Shown here: piece after piece, positions 1-12,700 of the stretch
How the letters are laid out: the number at the start of each line of letters is the position of its first letter
Position numbering within the stretch: position 1 is the first letter of the stretch
Source: Nemertoderma westbladi
Taxonomy: Eukaryota > Animalia > Xenacoelomorpha
DNA length: 64,000 bases
Assembly: GCA_032718475.1 (NCBI GenBank)
Contig: JAUCBJ010005760.1
Coordinates: 20,450 to 84,449 of the forward strand
Direction: 5' to 3'
Made by a program: the position numbers and the translations under genes
The notes under the pieces: generated by a model
Told to the model about the DNA's origin: nothing
Databases searched by the model: none
The model's input: the letters and a program-made list of their open reading frames with translations, nothing else

Positions 1-3000
1 CAATAAATAGATAGCACATTGACTTTCAGGACATGACAACCGAAACGGGTTACGAAATGATAGAATTAATAGATACCATTTTGTCACATTTTAAGACCCT
101 CGCATGTTTAGGCTGGAAAACCTGATAGGATAATTAATGCTATGCAGGATTCATGACATAGGGTACAAAACTAATTTAACAACATAAATTAAAAAAAATT
201 TAAAAATAAGATGAATTCGAGAGTTAAATGGATGATCGCGAACTGTCGCAGTTTCGATGTGAGTATTTCAAGAAGTACGATCTGATCTACTAGACTTTCA
301 CCTAAAACGGTAAAGAATAAAATGCGATAAGGTCAGGGGTAACCACATTATATAAACTGTGTAGATTAATGTCTCTTTGCTCCAGGGCGACTTTTTTGAC
401 AGGCACTACTGGGAACTCAACCTGGATATACGGTATTTATCAGCAGCAGGTTGCTACTTCAAGCAATTCGTGAGAGAATCCTATTGAAGCTGGGGGGTTT
501 TTCTGTATCTTCGTATATTTGAAATAACATTCCATTGTGAGTAAGTAATCCACCACTCTCTTGTCTTGTTGTTAAATGAAAAATAAATTATTTAGGCCAA
601 TAATTAACTAACTAACTTAGGTAAATGGAGCTGCAAGAGTTGATTTTATTTGAAGCGGAAGAATTGAATATTGGGTGGGATCTCCCCTTGGACATGACAT
701 AATGATACTTTTTCATTTAATTCTAATATTTTTTTGTCAGAAAATATTACAAACACAGCTTTCCTTTTTCCTGTCTCAGAGATAGTATTTGGCAATTCGG
801 AAGATACGATTGTGACGAAATGAGTAACGAATTCCATTTGTATCCATCCACAGTCTAGTTATTTCCTGTCATAGCCGATATTCCTAAGTTCGTCTGCAGT
901 AAACTTAATCAGAACCGGGAGAATAATAACTTTGTTATCTAATCTTCGGCCTTCTATTCAGGATGCACCGCCGCTACTTAACTGCCGCTATAGGGTGCCC
1001 ATTGATTGACGTACTGATAATTGTTTTACCTATGGATAATCACGTACGTGACTGCAGAAATCAGCACGTAAATTATTTTAATGAATTATAATATGAAGGA
1101 AGTTCAGCGGTGCACCTGGGGAGGCATTATATGAGGAAGAAAGGTAATCCTATTACCTCTACAACTACCGGATTCAATTTTTTTTTGCGAATTTGCATTC
1201 CTTGTTTACTCAATAATATACAACTGTACTATCTGCTGCCTCTTACACCGGTTCAGGGTAAACTGTACTTTATATATGTGAACTAGAAAACATCTAAAAA
1301 ATATCAAACTTAAAAAATTATCAAACAAAATAGTTCCTCAAAATGTTTTCTCCCTAAAACCCATCTGAACCATAAACTATAGGAAATGTTGTTCCAATAG
1401 ATGGTCATATCGGCATATTGCGCTCCCAGAGGAGAATATTGTTGGTGCAAAATATAAACATCATCATTGACTCTTCATTATATTTGCACAATTATTTACC
1501 GAACCCTGGCGCACATAGTATTTGAGTTAACGCCTTAATTTTGTAGCAACAGGCAACAATAGCCACAAACAACCAACAAAGAAAAATGATGACAGTAGTT
1601 TAAAGTCGTCTTTATATCTAATAAAGGTAACAGCGGAAAGAGAGACACTTGTAGTAAAGGGTGTTTTTGTAAGGGAGACCGTATAATTATTGAAGGTTGG
1701 GCGTGTTCTCTTGTATGAGGACTGCTTGAACTGTGCTGTTCTTTAAACTCAGTTTCTTGGTTGTCGGACAGGTAGGCCATTCACACATGCTGACATTTAA
1801 GGAACTCTTTGTTTAAAAAAATGAGCGCAATGAAATGAGAATTAAATATTTCATTTTGATGATCTTTATTTTGGCTGCATTCCATTCCGCCGCGCCGTAG
1901 TGAATAATTGCCACCTCAAGCACAACTACCATAATATAAAAATATTCTCAAACTTTTCTCCAACCCAAAGTCACGAAAAGTAGCAAAGTGTTAATAAAAT
2001 GGATGAACTATTATTGTTGTCGTGCGCATACTCCTCTTAAACTTCCAAGTTTAGCACATTAAAAATAAATCATTTTGTTCAGTGCAATGAGAGGAGGGAG
2101 GGAAGGAGGGGGGGGGGGGGGGGGGGGGGGGTGGGGGGTGTGTACAACGAATTACCAATGTTAATTAACAATTAAGGGAAAGGAGCAGGTTACTGTGGTA
2201 TGCAATTATAACAAAAACAATAACCAGGAGTCATAGAACAGCAGCATTCAGTTTCATAATCAGCTACATAGTAACTTATATTGTAATAATTTATCGCGAG
2301 AATGTTGCTCTGGATTGTTGCTTGCGATATAAGGAGCATCATTAATTATGCATCAATGCAAATGATGCAAATATAGCATCATTTACTGCATACAAGAAGA
2401 CGCAACCGTAGGATTTACGTGGCTAATTATTGAAAAAGGCCTACTCTTGTTCAAAATTATGCTATTTTTAATAATTATGTTTATGTTACAATTCTGTGAT
2501 TCCTGTGAGCCTAACTGCCAAGATTCCTGCAGGTCACCAGATCGAACCCACCTGGACATAATTGCCGAATGTGATAAGCAGTACACAACGAAAATTATAA
2601 TACCTTATCCACTCATTCACCCAAAATCCCAATAATATTTAAAAATATATTTCAATTTAAGTGGATTGCTAAAGGCAGAATGATGAATGCCAGAAAAGAT
2701 GTCCAGGTTTACCATTACAAGACTTGGCAGTTCAATTGCCTCTATATTTACACAGAATTGAACAAAAGTTCATCCCTTTTCAAACGACCCACCCAGGTGG
2801 GCCCGCTGTGAGTGGATCTCGAGTGTTTCCCCCCGTCGTGTGGTAAAGCCTTTCCCTGAGCAATCCGCGGTATATGTATTAAATTATTATGGCATTGTGA
2901 ATGGCAACAAATAACGCGGTGGTCGGCTTAATAGCAACAAACTATATTCCACAAATCCATATCATATTATTGATCGTGCATACATTATTATTGGAAGCAA

Positions 3001-4427
3001 ACCTTGGACGTTAATAGGTATTAACCGGTCACTAGTATGCAACGAGGGTGAAACACATTAGCAACACCTTGTGACAATATAGCGGATAATTATTCCATAA
3101 CAACTTCCTTTGATAAAATAAATGCGTCATTGTACTGTAATGTGACCCTTTGACCGTATTTGGGTACTTCCATATTATTTCTAAGTCGCTGTTTTTCGTC
3201 TTGTTATGTTTCTTGGCTTATTAATATTATACGCTCTATGTTGCCGCATTTAAGTTCACTGTGATGATGCCCGCTACAGTGTCCTAAGTAAAGCTTTGGA
3301 AGTCATCTGCAATCAACGATTATCTCCTTTTGTATTCCTTAGAGGAAATATGATCAGTTATTGTATTGAAAATAACAACAATTGTGTATTGTTCAGTAAT
3401 TTCAGGTTTTGGAGGGGCAACATCATTCCAGCACATATTTGTCAAGCTCAGTTTCATTAAAAAATCATGACGAAATGTATCAACCAATATTAGCACAATC
3501 TGTATGATAGATATTTCTAGGAAGTAAATACGATTTTATGTTGTTTCAGGTTTTCGACTTAATTCTCAACATTAGGGGCCTATAACAACTACTTGGTAGC
3601 AAAACCCATTGATGTACAGAATTCTGGTGGGCCACGATCGATCTTGCACTCCTTGAATATTATATAATTTTTCCGGTAATAATCGAATCTTTTGAAACAA
3701 CAAGTGCAATGAAATAAGTTTCAAGGAAGGTGGACTGAAAAGGTTGTCTCATTTGCAAGTAACTTGCAGGATCTAATATCGTAATTTTGAGAAAAATAGT
3801 AACAAATTAAAACTTTGATTAACAGAAATGAAAATGATCTCACTAACTGACATGGAATGGCAGCAACACGATAGTGAGTGATCATAAGAAAAGTATCCCA
3901 CTGAAGACAGGCTGGAGTTTTACCAAGTAATTATATATTTTATTGTACCGTTATGAAAATATCGAATTAGGGAGGTTATTGTTACTACTAACAATAACCT
4001 CCTTAATTGCATACTTTAGTTTTTCGTTAATTACCACTCGCCGCTACTGGCACTAAGAAACTGTCTTGACATGATCACACACGTCTGATTTGTGGATGTC
4101 GTATATATTTCTGAATTATTTTTGACATATTGCTCCAGGTTATCGTTATATTTAGTTAGGTTATTAAGGACCACCATTCTGGTAAAATGCTCAGCAATTT
4201 ATATTCTCTTCACAGCAAAAATGCACAACAATTTGTCCACGTTGCGAAAATATGTCGAAAGGCCATCTATTCTGTATTCTGCTCTGTTCTGTTCTGAATG
4301 AATGCATTCCTTAGACATAATCAATATTCTATGTTTACATGCATGTGGTAAACTTGTAATGGTAATCGTAATACTTAAATGGGCAGGTCAATAATAATTG
4401 TCGATTTTGATCGCTCTTGTTTACTTA

Positions 4428-4966
4428 TGTTAGCTTATTCAATCCCACTAACCCAAACCCTAAAGTAAGCCGGTAAGCAATATTGGGGGCCACGAAATTG
4501 GATAATCAATCACTCGTGTCACCCCAACAAAATGGGAAGGAGAAACACACAATGAGGGTCAGGGGCCAAACCCCTAACAGAGAGAGAACAGGTGGAGTGA
4601 ACGGGAACACTCCAAAGGGCGCCAACAAGGGTATCAACCAATCAGAGGGGGGAAAGGCATCGATTAGGTAGAGTAACAAGGCCAACCCGTGCAATATAGC
4701 CAGTTGGCAGTAATCATTTTACTCAGTTATCTCAGTATCATATTGGTGCTAGTTAGGTTAGTTAGTTTAGCTAGGGAAGGACCGGGACTTTAATTACCGT
4801 TTCCCGCCTTCCGTGTACGACATCATATCACCTATATCTATATCTATATCTTATACCTGAACATTATACGCGACAAACAACGTAAACCCTTTCACTCTTC
4901 ACACACGGCGGGGACGCGTGAATTAACAAACCGGATAAATCGGGATCCTCCCTGGATCCCGTCACA
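4428..4966 (+). repeat. 5' LTR of element 1
   Basis: Direct repeat of 18025-18563; about 4 substitutions seen by eye (~99% identity). Confidence 0.96.
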
Positions 4967-5037
4967 GTAATTAAGTCCGAGTTGCCACCCCAGCTAGCTA
5001 CCAGTGACTACCAACCACCAATCTAAAGTTAAAGGAG

Positions 5038-8000
5038 ATGAGTCAGTCGGGAGAGACGACACCGACGCGGACCCCGGACGAAGAGCTAACGATCCGCGAG
5101 GCCGCAACCAGATGGTACAGGCCCGCAACGCCGGACCCATCGGTAACGGGTCATCCGGCAGTTCAGGATGAGGGGGGCCGTCTGGAGCCCGAGGTCGAGC
5201 CGAGAGAAGGAGAGAGCGAGACGGAGGGAGAAGGAGACGAGTCGACACGGGACGTGGGTCGACGTACTGATGTCGCCGGCCAGCCACAGGCCGAGGGCGA
5301 CGAGCGGCCCACCGAAACGGCGACGGTGGAGCCGACGGTATGACGCCGGACCCGGAGAGATGGAGGAGATGTCGGTACCGATGTCGCCGGTCAGCTACAG
5401 GCCGAGGGCGACGAACGGCCCACCGAAACGGCGACGGTGGGGCCGCCGGTACGACGTCGGACCCGGAGAGACGGAAGAGAGGTCGGCGACGAGGACGTCG
5501 GGGTTTCTGATCGACTTCGACGGGCCTACAACGCGACCCAGAAACTACTAAAGGAGGCCAAAGAGGGGGCGAAGATAGACGAGGTGAGACTGAGGAAACG
5601 ACTAGGTGAGTCGAATAGACATTTTAACTATCTAATGCGCTTCGGGCAAAGAGAACTGGCCAAGGAGAGAGCGAGAGGGGTTGCCGAGGAACTGTGTGAC
5701 TTATGGCGGTGTAGGGGTATGGAACCTAGCGGAACCTATGGAACCTATGGCGTTGCCGGCCTGTACCGTCTGGTTGCGGCCTCGCGGATCGTTAGCTCTT
5801 CGTCCGGGGTTTTGTACGTAGGGCCATACTTAGTCGATGCCTGGGGAGTAAAATTAGTGGGTTGGGAGAGACCTGAGGAGGGCGAATCCGAGGTTAACCC
5901 CGAGGATTCGGCCTCGTCGGTCGGAAGAAGTTCCGGGAGGCGGGGGAAAGTTAGTAGGACGGGGGGCGGAGGGAATCCGTCACAACCAATAAGTCTGCTA
6001 CATCCTCCGTAAAAGAAAGACGGGTGAGAGAGATAAATGCCACGTACCGTCTTGATTTGATAGAGCAAGGTCAAAGGGAAGTAGGTAGACGGTTAGAGGA
6101 GGGGAGAGTGCTGCTAGAGAGGGAAATGGCATTGATTAAAGAAACCGGAGAGAGGGCCGAAAGGGCCGCGAGAAGCCTTAGGGAGTGTGAGGAAGTAGGG
6201 AGGAAGGAACAAGAAGAGCGTGAGGCGGAACGTAGGGAACGTATAGCAAGAGAGAAAAATGAGCGCAAAGAGCGTGAGGCGGAACGTAAGGAACGTGTAG
6301 CGAGAGAGGAAAGCGAACGCAGGGAACGTGAGGCGAGAGAGGAAAACGAGTGCAGAGAACGCGAGGCGAGAGAGGAAAACGAACGCAAAGAGCGTGAGGC
6401 GAGACGAAGGGAGGGGGCTAGAAGAGAGTTGGAATTGGCCGAGCGGGACGCACGGGAGTGTAAGGAGAGAATAGCAAGGAAGGAGTGTGAGCGAAAAGAA
6501 TTAGAGAAACGTCAAGGTGAGCTCACAGGGTACAAAGCTATACACACGCGCGAATGGGAACTGGCGCGAATAGGGGCGTCTGAGAGTGGGGCTGGCTCGA
6601 GTATTTTCGAGGAGCCAGAGGCCGTGGATACATTTATTAATACCCCACTTACAGGGACCGCACGACAGACCCAAAACTGGTGTGACCGTACGGGCGGGGG
6701 GGGGGGTAATAATAATGCTATAGTAGACGTCATTAATATTAATAGTACCGTATTGGATAACCCTAATCCCTTTATTGCAGCAAATAATACTTTACCTAGT
6801 AGCAGTAATTTAAATTTAAATACAAATAATAATTTCAATTTAAACGTGCAAAATAATCCGAATAATAATTTAAATTTAGAAAATAATAATAATTCAAATA
6901 ACTTAAATAATGATCCAAGCCCGAATTTACAAAATAATTCAGATGATTTTGTTTCAAACGAACAAATTAATTCCGTTTCCAATATGGGTGCTATTAACGT
7001 GAACACGTCGGGCGTGTATGGCCAGGCAGACGGGGGCCTGGTAGGCCATACAATTGGTAGGCCGGAAGTGGCGGGGTTGAGCCAACCCAGAGAGGGCCTG
7101 GAAGGCCACGTAGTTGGTAGGCAGGGAGTGGCTGGGTTGGGTAGACCCAGTGAGGGCCTGGTAGGCCACGTAGTTGGTAGGCAGGGAGTGGCTGGGTTGG
7201 GTAGACCCAGCGAGGGCCTGGTAGGCCACGTAGTTGGTAGGCAGGGAGTAGAGGGCCTGGTAGGCCACGCAATGGCAGAGGGAGAGGCGGGGGTGAATAG
7301 ACCCGACCGCGGTAGGGTTGATGTGTCGACTAGAGAGGGATATAGTAGCGGGGTGAGAGATAGCGAAGTTAGATGTGGCGAGTGGGGGGGGGGGGGGGGG
7401 GGCTGCAGGGGCCCCACAACAGCGAGTTAGCGGTGAAAGGGGGGGGGGCAGAGAGTGCTCCACAAACGTCAACGGATAATGCGCGGGCCGAAATAGGTAA
7501 ACCGCAACACCCGGCGACGGAGAGTAATAGGGGGATTGCGAGTATCCCCAGCGGCGTGCGACCGAGCAGAGAGAGACAGGTTGACGTCGTGAGAGGACGG
7601 ACGAAGCGTCGAGCCCGATCAGAAGAGGGAAGAAGAGTAGTGGAATTTAACCGGGAGGTCGACGAGAGATCTCACGAGCGGGAACACTCCACTGAAGGGA
7701 GAAGAAGAGAAGACAGTAGTAGAAGTATCGCCGCGAACGATAGAAGAGCGAGGACGGATAGCGAGCCGTCGGTAGTCGAGATGAGAACAGAGAGTCAGTG
7801 GGGTCGGACTCCGGGAGATTGCCGTCGCCCCGGAGAGATGCGACCTGGTGAGGCGCATTACGCGCCGATGGAAGGGTACGCGATGTACCGGTACGAAGAC
7901 GAGAACAGTAGAGAGGGGGGTCGAAGAGAAACTTTCCGACGGAATGTACCTACCGATCGAGAATGCGGTAGCCGCGGGGAGGACTATTCGATAAGAATAA

Positions 8001-9757
8001 ACTTCGATCCCGAGCGACACATGCAGACTAGACCGTAGGACATACTGTAGGCCTTACTGCACATACCATAGGCTATACTGACAGAGGCAATGTAGGCGAT
8101 AGGATAGCGCGGACAACGGGATTAAACCGGAAGTCGCGGAATACATACCGGCGGGTAGGCCAGAAGCTGATAGGCCTATACCGGTACCAGTAGAGCAGTA
8201 TGACTACAGCATGCAGGGACATAACATATACCCAGGGGAGGGGGGAATTATTGCGGATAGGTGCATGGGCCCCAATATATTAACATCAACCCCAGTACCA
8301 AACATACCGGTGGGGGGGGATAGGGTGACATTCCCCCATCACAATATCAACAATATACCCCGATAGGAGCAAGAACGACGAGACCCTTGGATGAAAATAG
8401 GTCGTGCGACACAGAAATATGGAGGGGGCCGCTACCCCCGATGACATATCCAAGTCAAAGAAAAGCTGGAAATAGGACAGACGGACCGCACCAGACAGGA
8501 GAAACTATACAACATCCATCGAACCCATTGGAAGCTCAGGCGATGGGGATGGCCACGTTGATCGATGCGTTGAAAACGAGGATCGAGTTACCACCCGTGG
8601 AGCCATTCAAATTCGATGGGAGTAGGCCGGAAGAATATCTACAGTTTCGGCGCATGTATAGTAACGAAATACTAACAAAGAACTTGACGCAGGCGGAGTG
8701 CCTAAAATATATGCAAGTATACACGGGAGGCCCAGCATACGACATCGTGAGGCAATATCAAGGCATAGAGGGCGGCTTCACGACAGCATGGCGGGCACTG
8801 GACAGGGAATACGGGCACCCGGCCAAGATCATCAGACAGACACTGAGAGGCATAACATCGGGTGGCCTACAGGATAATCCCGTTAGCATTAAGACGTTCG
8901 CTAACAAAGTCGAAAAGGCGCTAATCGTGCTGAAGACGCTAGACGCGCCATACGAGCTCAATGCGTCCAACAACATCACCACGATAGCGCAGGCACTACC
9001 GAACTGGCTGTGCAACAAGTGGAGGAAAATCGCTTTCTCCACTCGAGACAAGAAGGGTGTGGAACCGGGTCTAGAAGAAATGTCAAGCTTCTTAAACTAC
9101 GAGGCTGAACTAATAACTGACCCAGTCTATAGCTAAGATAGCCTGGGAAAGGGACCAAAGACGGATTACCATAGACCGAAACCAGAGCACAATACATCAA
9201 ACGCATTACCGAGGCTCAGGCAATCATTGCCATATGCAGCGACGCAGGGGACTGCGAGTCCACAGATAGCCGAAAGTAAGACCACACCACGGAACGGACA
9301 GGGGAACAATAACAACACGGATAAATATACCCCCAGTACGTCCAGTAGGCCGAATCCAAACAATAAGAATAGTAGGGACTTTGGTACAAACGCAGCTGCG
9401 ATACGCAATGCGCTGTATAAGGAGGGCTACGACCCAAAGAGCAAATGCCAGCTACACGCAAATGCGCTTCATCAAACCATGAACTGCAGGTACTGGCAGG
9501 CGCTACCTAGGCAAGATCAGATTGATTATGCGTTGAGCAATAAAATCTGCTCGCGATGTGTGATGAGTGGACATAGAGCTAGGGAATGCAAGGAGAAGCC
9601 GGTTAAGTTCGGTCAAAGGAGAGGCCAAACGATGGCAACGAGCACAGTAGGGGCGAAGAAGAGAGGAACGGTGTTACTTGGGGTAGTACCCGTGCGAGTG
9701 ATTGGAGAAGGCAATCGATCGGTAATAATCCTGGTCGGCACTAATGCTGGTCGATAG
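5038..9757 (+). pseudogene. Disrupted gag (and start of protease) of element 1
   Basis: Chain of ORF fragments: E/R-rich coiled coil and Asn-rich tract (6024-7430), BEL gag DUF1759-like core (PFKFDG...EYLQF...LDREYG, 8387-9136), Cys/His knuckles (CQLH...H..MNC; CSRCVMSGHRAREC). Several stops and frameshifts, some next to G homopolymers. Confidence 0.85.
7030..7270 (+). repeat. 60-bp coding tandem repeat in gag (EGLVGHVVGRQGVAGLGRPS)
   Basis: About 4 copies, each with the small palindrome GGCCTGGWAGGCC. Confidence 0.85.
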
Positions 9758-12700
9758 TGGAGCTGCCTTCACATTAGTCGAGGAATGGGTGGCCGAAGAG
9801 ATAGGATTGAGAACGAGGCCAAGCAGAATGGCGGTAACAACCATCTCTAGCAAAGATGAGATCCTGGAGATGAGAACCGGACGGTGCGCAATTGCAGCGG
9901 TGGCACCGGGATGCGACTATGGGGCAACCATCGACCCCATCCAAGTGATAGAGTCAATTAATATCAATGCCAGGTGGCCAACCAACATCGAGGTCGAGCA
10001 GTATAAATTCCTGGACGACATTGACTTCTCAATCCCAGATGTGGACGTTAGGAAGGTATCCATCATAGTAGGAATGGACTGCCCAACGGCCCACGAAAGA
10101 ATGCAAACGGTCTTCGGCGAAGACAAGCAGTGTGACCCGGTGGCGATATTAACACCATTCGGGTGGACGCTGAGTGGCCCAATCAAAAGCAAGATACCAT
10201 TTAGGATGTCGGAGACATCAGGATGCATGTTCGCGGGAACAATGCAGGAAATGGGTGATGAGGGAGCAGAGGAGCAGCTTAAAAGACTGCTCAGACAAGA
10301 TTTCGAGGGACTGAAAGAGACCGGGGTCGGGACCTCGGTAGAAGACAAGCAGGCTTTACAAAGCGTGGAGGAATCGATGACATGCGATGAGGGGCGGTAC
10401 ACCATAGGAATGGTATGGAAACTACCGAAGATACCACTGCCCGATAATAGAGGGATGGTACTCACGAGACTCCGCAAGCTGAAACAAACACTAAAACGGA
10501 GCCCCGAGAAGAATGAGTACATCCACAGAACGATTAAGAAGTACGTCGAGAAAGGATGGGCCGTGGAGTTACCGGTCGACGAGCCGAACACGGACAGGAC
10601 ATATTACCTGCCACTCCACGTGGCTTTAGACCCAAAGAAAGGTAAACTGCGGATGGTAGTTGACGCATCGGCAAAGACCAACGGAAAATGCTTAAACGAC
10701 TATCTGTTAGAAGGTCCAAACATATACAACTCGGGCATAGAGGTCCTACTTAGATTTAGGAATGGGAAACACGCCTTCACGTGTGACATAGAAGGCATGT
10801 TCAACCAAGTCCGTGTAACGGAGGAAGATAGCGACAGTCAACGCTTCTTATGGTACAACGGCGAGGAAGAACCGCCGATAATACCGGCATATAAGATGGT
10901 AGTACAAAACATGGGAGCCAAGTCGTCTTCATTTACGACGACTATGGCAGTGAGAGATACAGTGAAGGGGAAGGAAGATAGATACAGCACTAGGGCCGTC
11001 GATATGATTCGACGCGGCTTCTACGTAGACGATGGAATGGAGTCTGGAAATACGGTTAAGGAGATACTGGACACAGGGCGCGAGGTTCGCGACATCCTAA
11101 AAGGATCCGGCTTTAACCTGACCAAATTCCAATCCAGTTCGGAAGAATTTATCAAGGCGATAGAGGACAAGAGACCAGAATCGACCATGGATAATCCCAC
11201 AACAGCCAAAGGGCAGGACATGGCGAACAAGAGAACAGAATCTCAACAGAAGGCATTGGGAATCGTGTGGAACAGAGAGACAGACGAACTGAAGTATCAG
11301 CTGAGCCAGGAGGGCGCAGACATCCACACGAAGAGGGGCTATGTATCGTATACAGCAAGGATATACGATCCCCTAGGCCTAGCATCCCCATTATTAGTCA
11401 CGGGGAAACAGATACTCAAGAGAGTATACAAATTGAAGGATGAGTGGGACGTAGAGGTACCAGAGGAAATCAAGAAACAGTGGAGTAAGTGGACAGGAGA
11501 CTTGGAGAAGATGGGAACATACAACATGCCACGAGTGTATTTCCCGGATGGGAACATGACGAATCTGGACCTACACATGTTCTCCGATGCGTCGTTGGAG
11601 GCGTACGGAGCAGCACTCTATTTAGTACAACGAGAGGGGGCTCACAAGCCCAGACTGGCCTTTAGCAAAGCAAAGTCAACGCCGCCAGATTCAGCATCAG
11701 TTCCCAAATTAGAATTGACAGCTGCGAGACTAGGAGTTAGAGCCACAGCCTACCTAGTGGATACTATTCCCAACATAGTGGAGACACACTACTGGACGGA
11801 CTCCATGGTAGTGCTTGGTTGGCTACATAACGAAAGGACGAGATACCCAATATTCGTCGCAAATAGAGTGGACGAAATAAGGGCGACCACAGAACTGGAA
11901 AGGTGGCACTACTGCCCAACGGACGAGAACCCGGCGGACTTGTTGTCGAGGGGCGTGGTACGCCACACTTTCTTGAAGAAGGAAGTATTGTGGCAACATG
12001 GGCCACAATTTCTGAGCGATAAGGAGGCCTGGCTGCCGATGAGAAAGGTGGACCCGGGCTCAGAAATAGTGTCAGAGGGAGAAGAAGGAGACTCAGAGGG
12101 AGAAGAGATATACTCCCAGATGGTGAGGGAGATTAGGGACGTGCAACCAAAACAAGAACTATGCGATAACCCGACGGATAAACTCCTCAGCTACAGCTCT
12201 AGTTGGTATAAGGCCAAGAAATTAGTGGCGTACTGGAGAGCCTTCGGGAATTTCCTCGCGGGACTTGGCAAAGACAAGAAGATCAGGACATCCATAGATC
12301 TGGAAGGAGTGGCCAAGGCAGTCATCCGCTATGAACAACGGAAGGACTATGGCGACGAGGTGGAACGCGTCGGTAACCAACAGCACCTTCGACGGGACAG
12401 CGAGCTGATCACGCTGTCGCCACAACTTAATGACGACGGGATTCTAGTAATGAATTCTAGGGTGGGATACAACAACAGCATAATCGTACCACCGAAACCC
12501 ATCATCATTCCCACAGGATCGCCAATAGTTCACCAGATTATCTGGGACTCCCATAAGTCGATATTGCACGGGGGCACCAACCGAACCCTCACCGAGATAA
12601 GGAGGACCTTTTGGGTCAAACAGTTGAGGAAGAAGGTAAAAGCGGTAGTGGGGCAGTGCCAGACCTGCCGACGAGCGAAGAAGGAGCGAGCCATACAAGA

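Noticed and set aside
386-537. Exon-like segment with acceptor and GTGAGT donor
   Set aside because: All three + frames contain stops; at most a non-coding exon, with no other support.
2092-2140. Long poly-G/poly-C runs (also 19082, 19168, 23693)
   Set aside because: Simple homopolymers, common in this sequence and error-prone; no associated structure.
4483-4694. 62-aa ORFs on both strands, repeated at 18080-18291
   Set aside because: Lie within the LTRs; duplicated only because the LTRs are.
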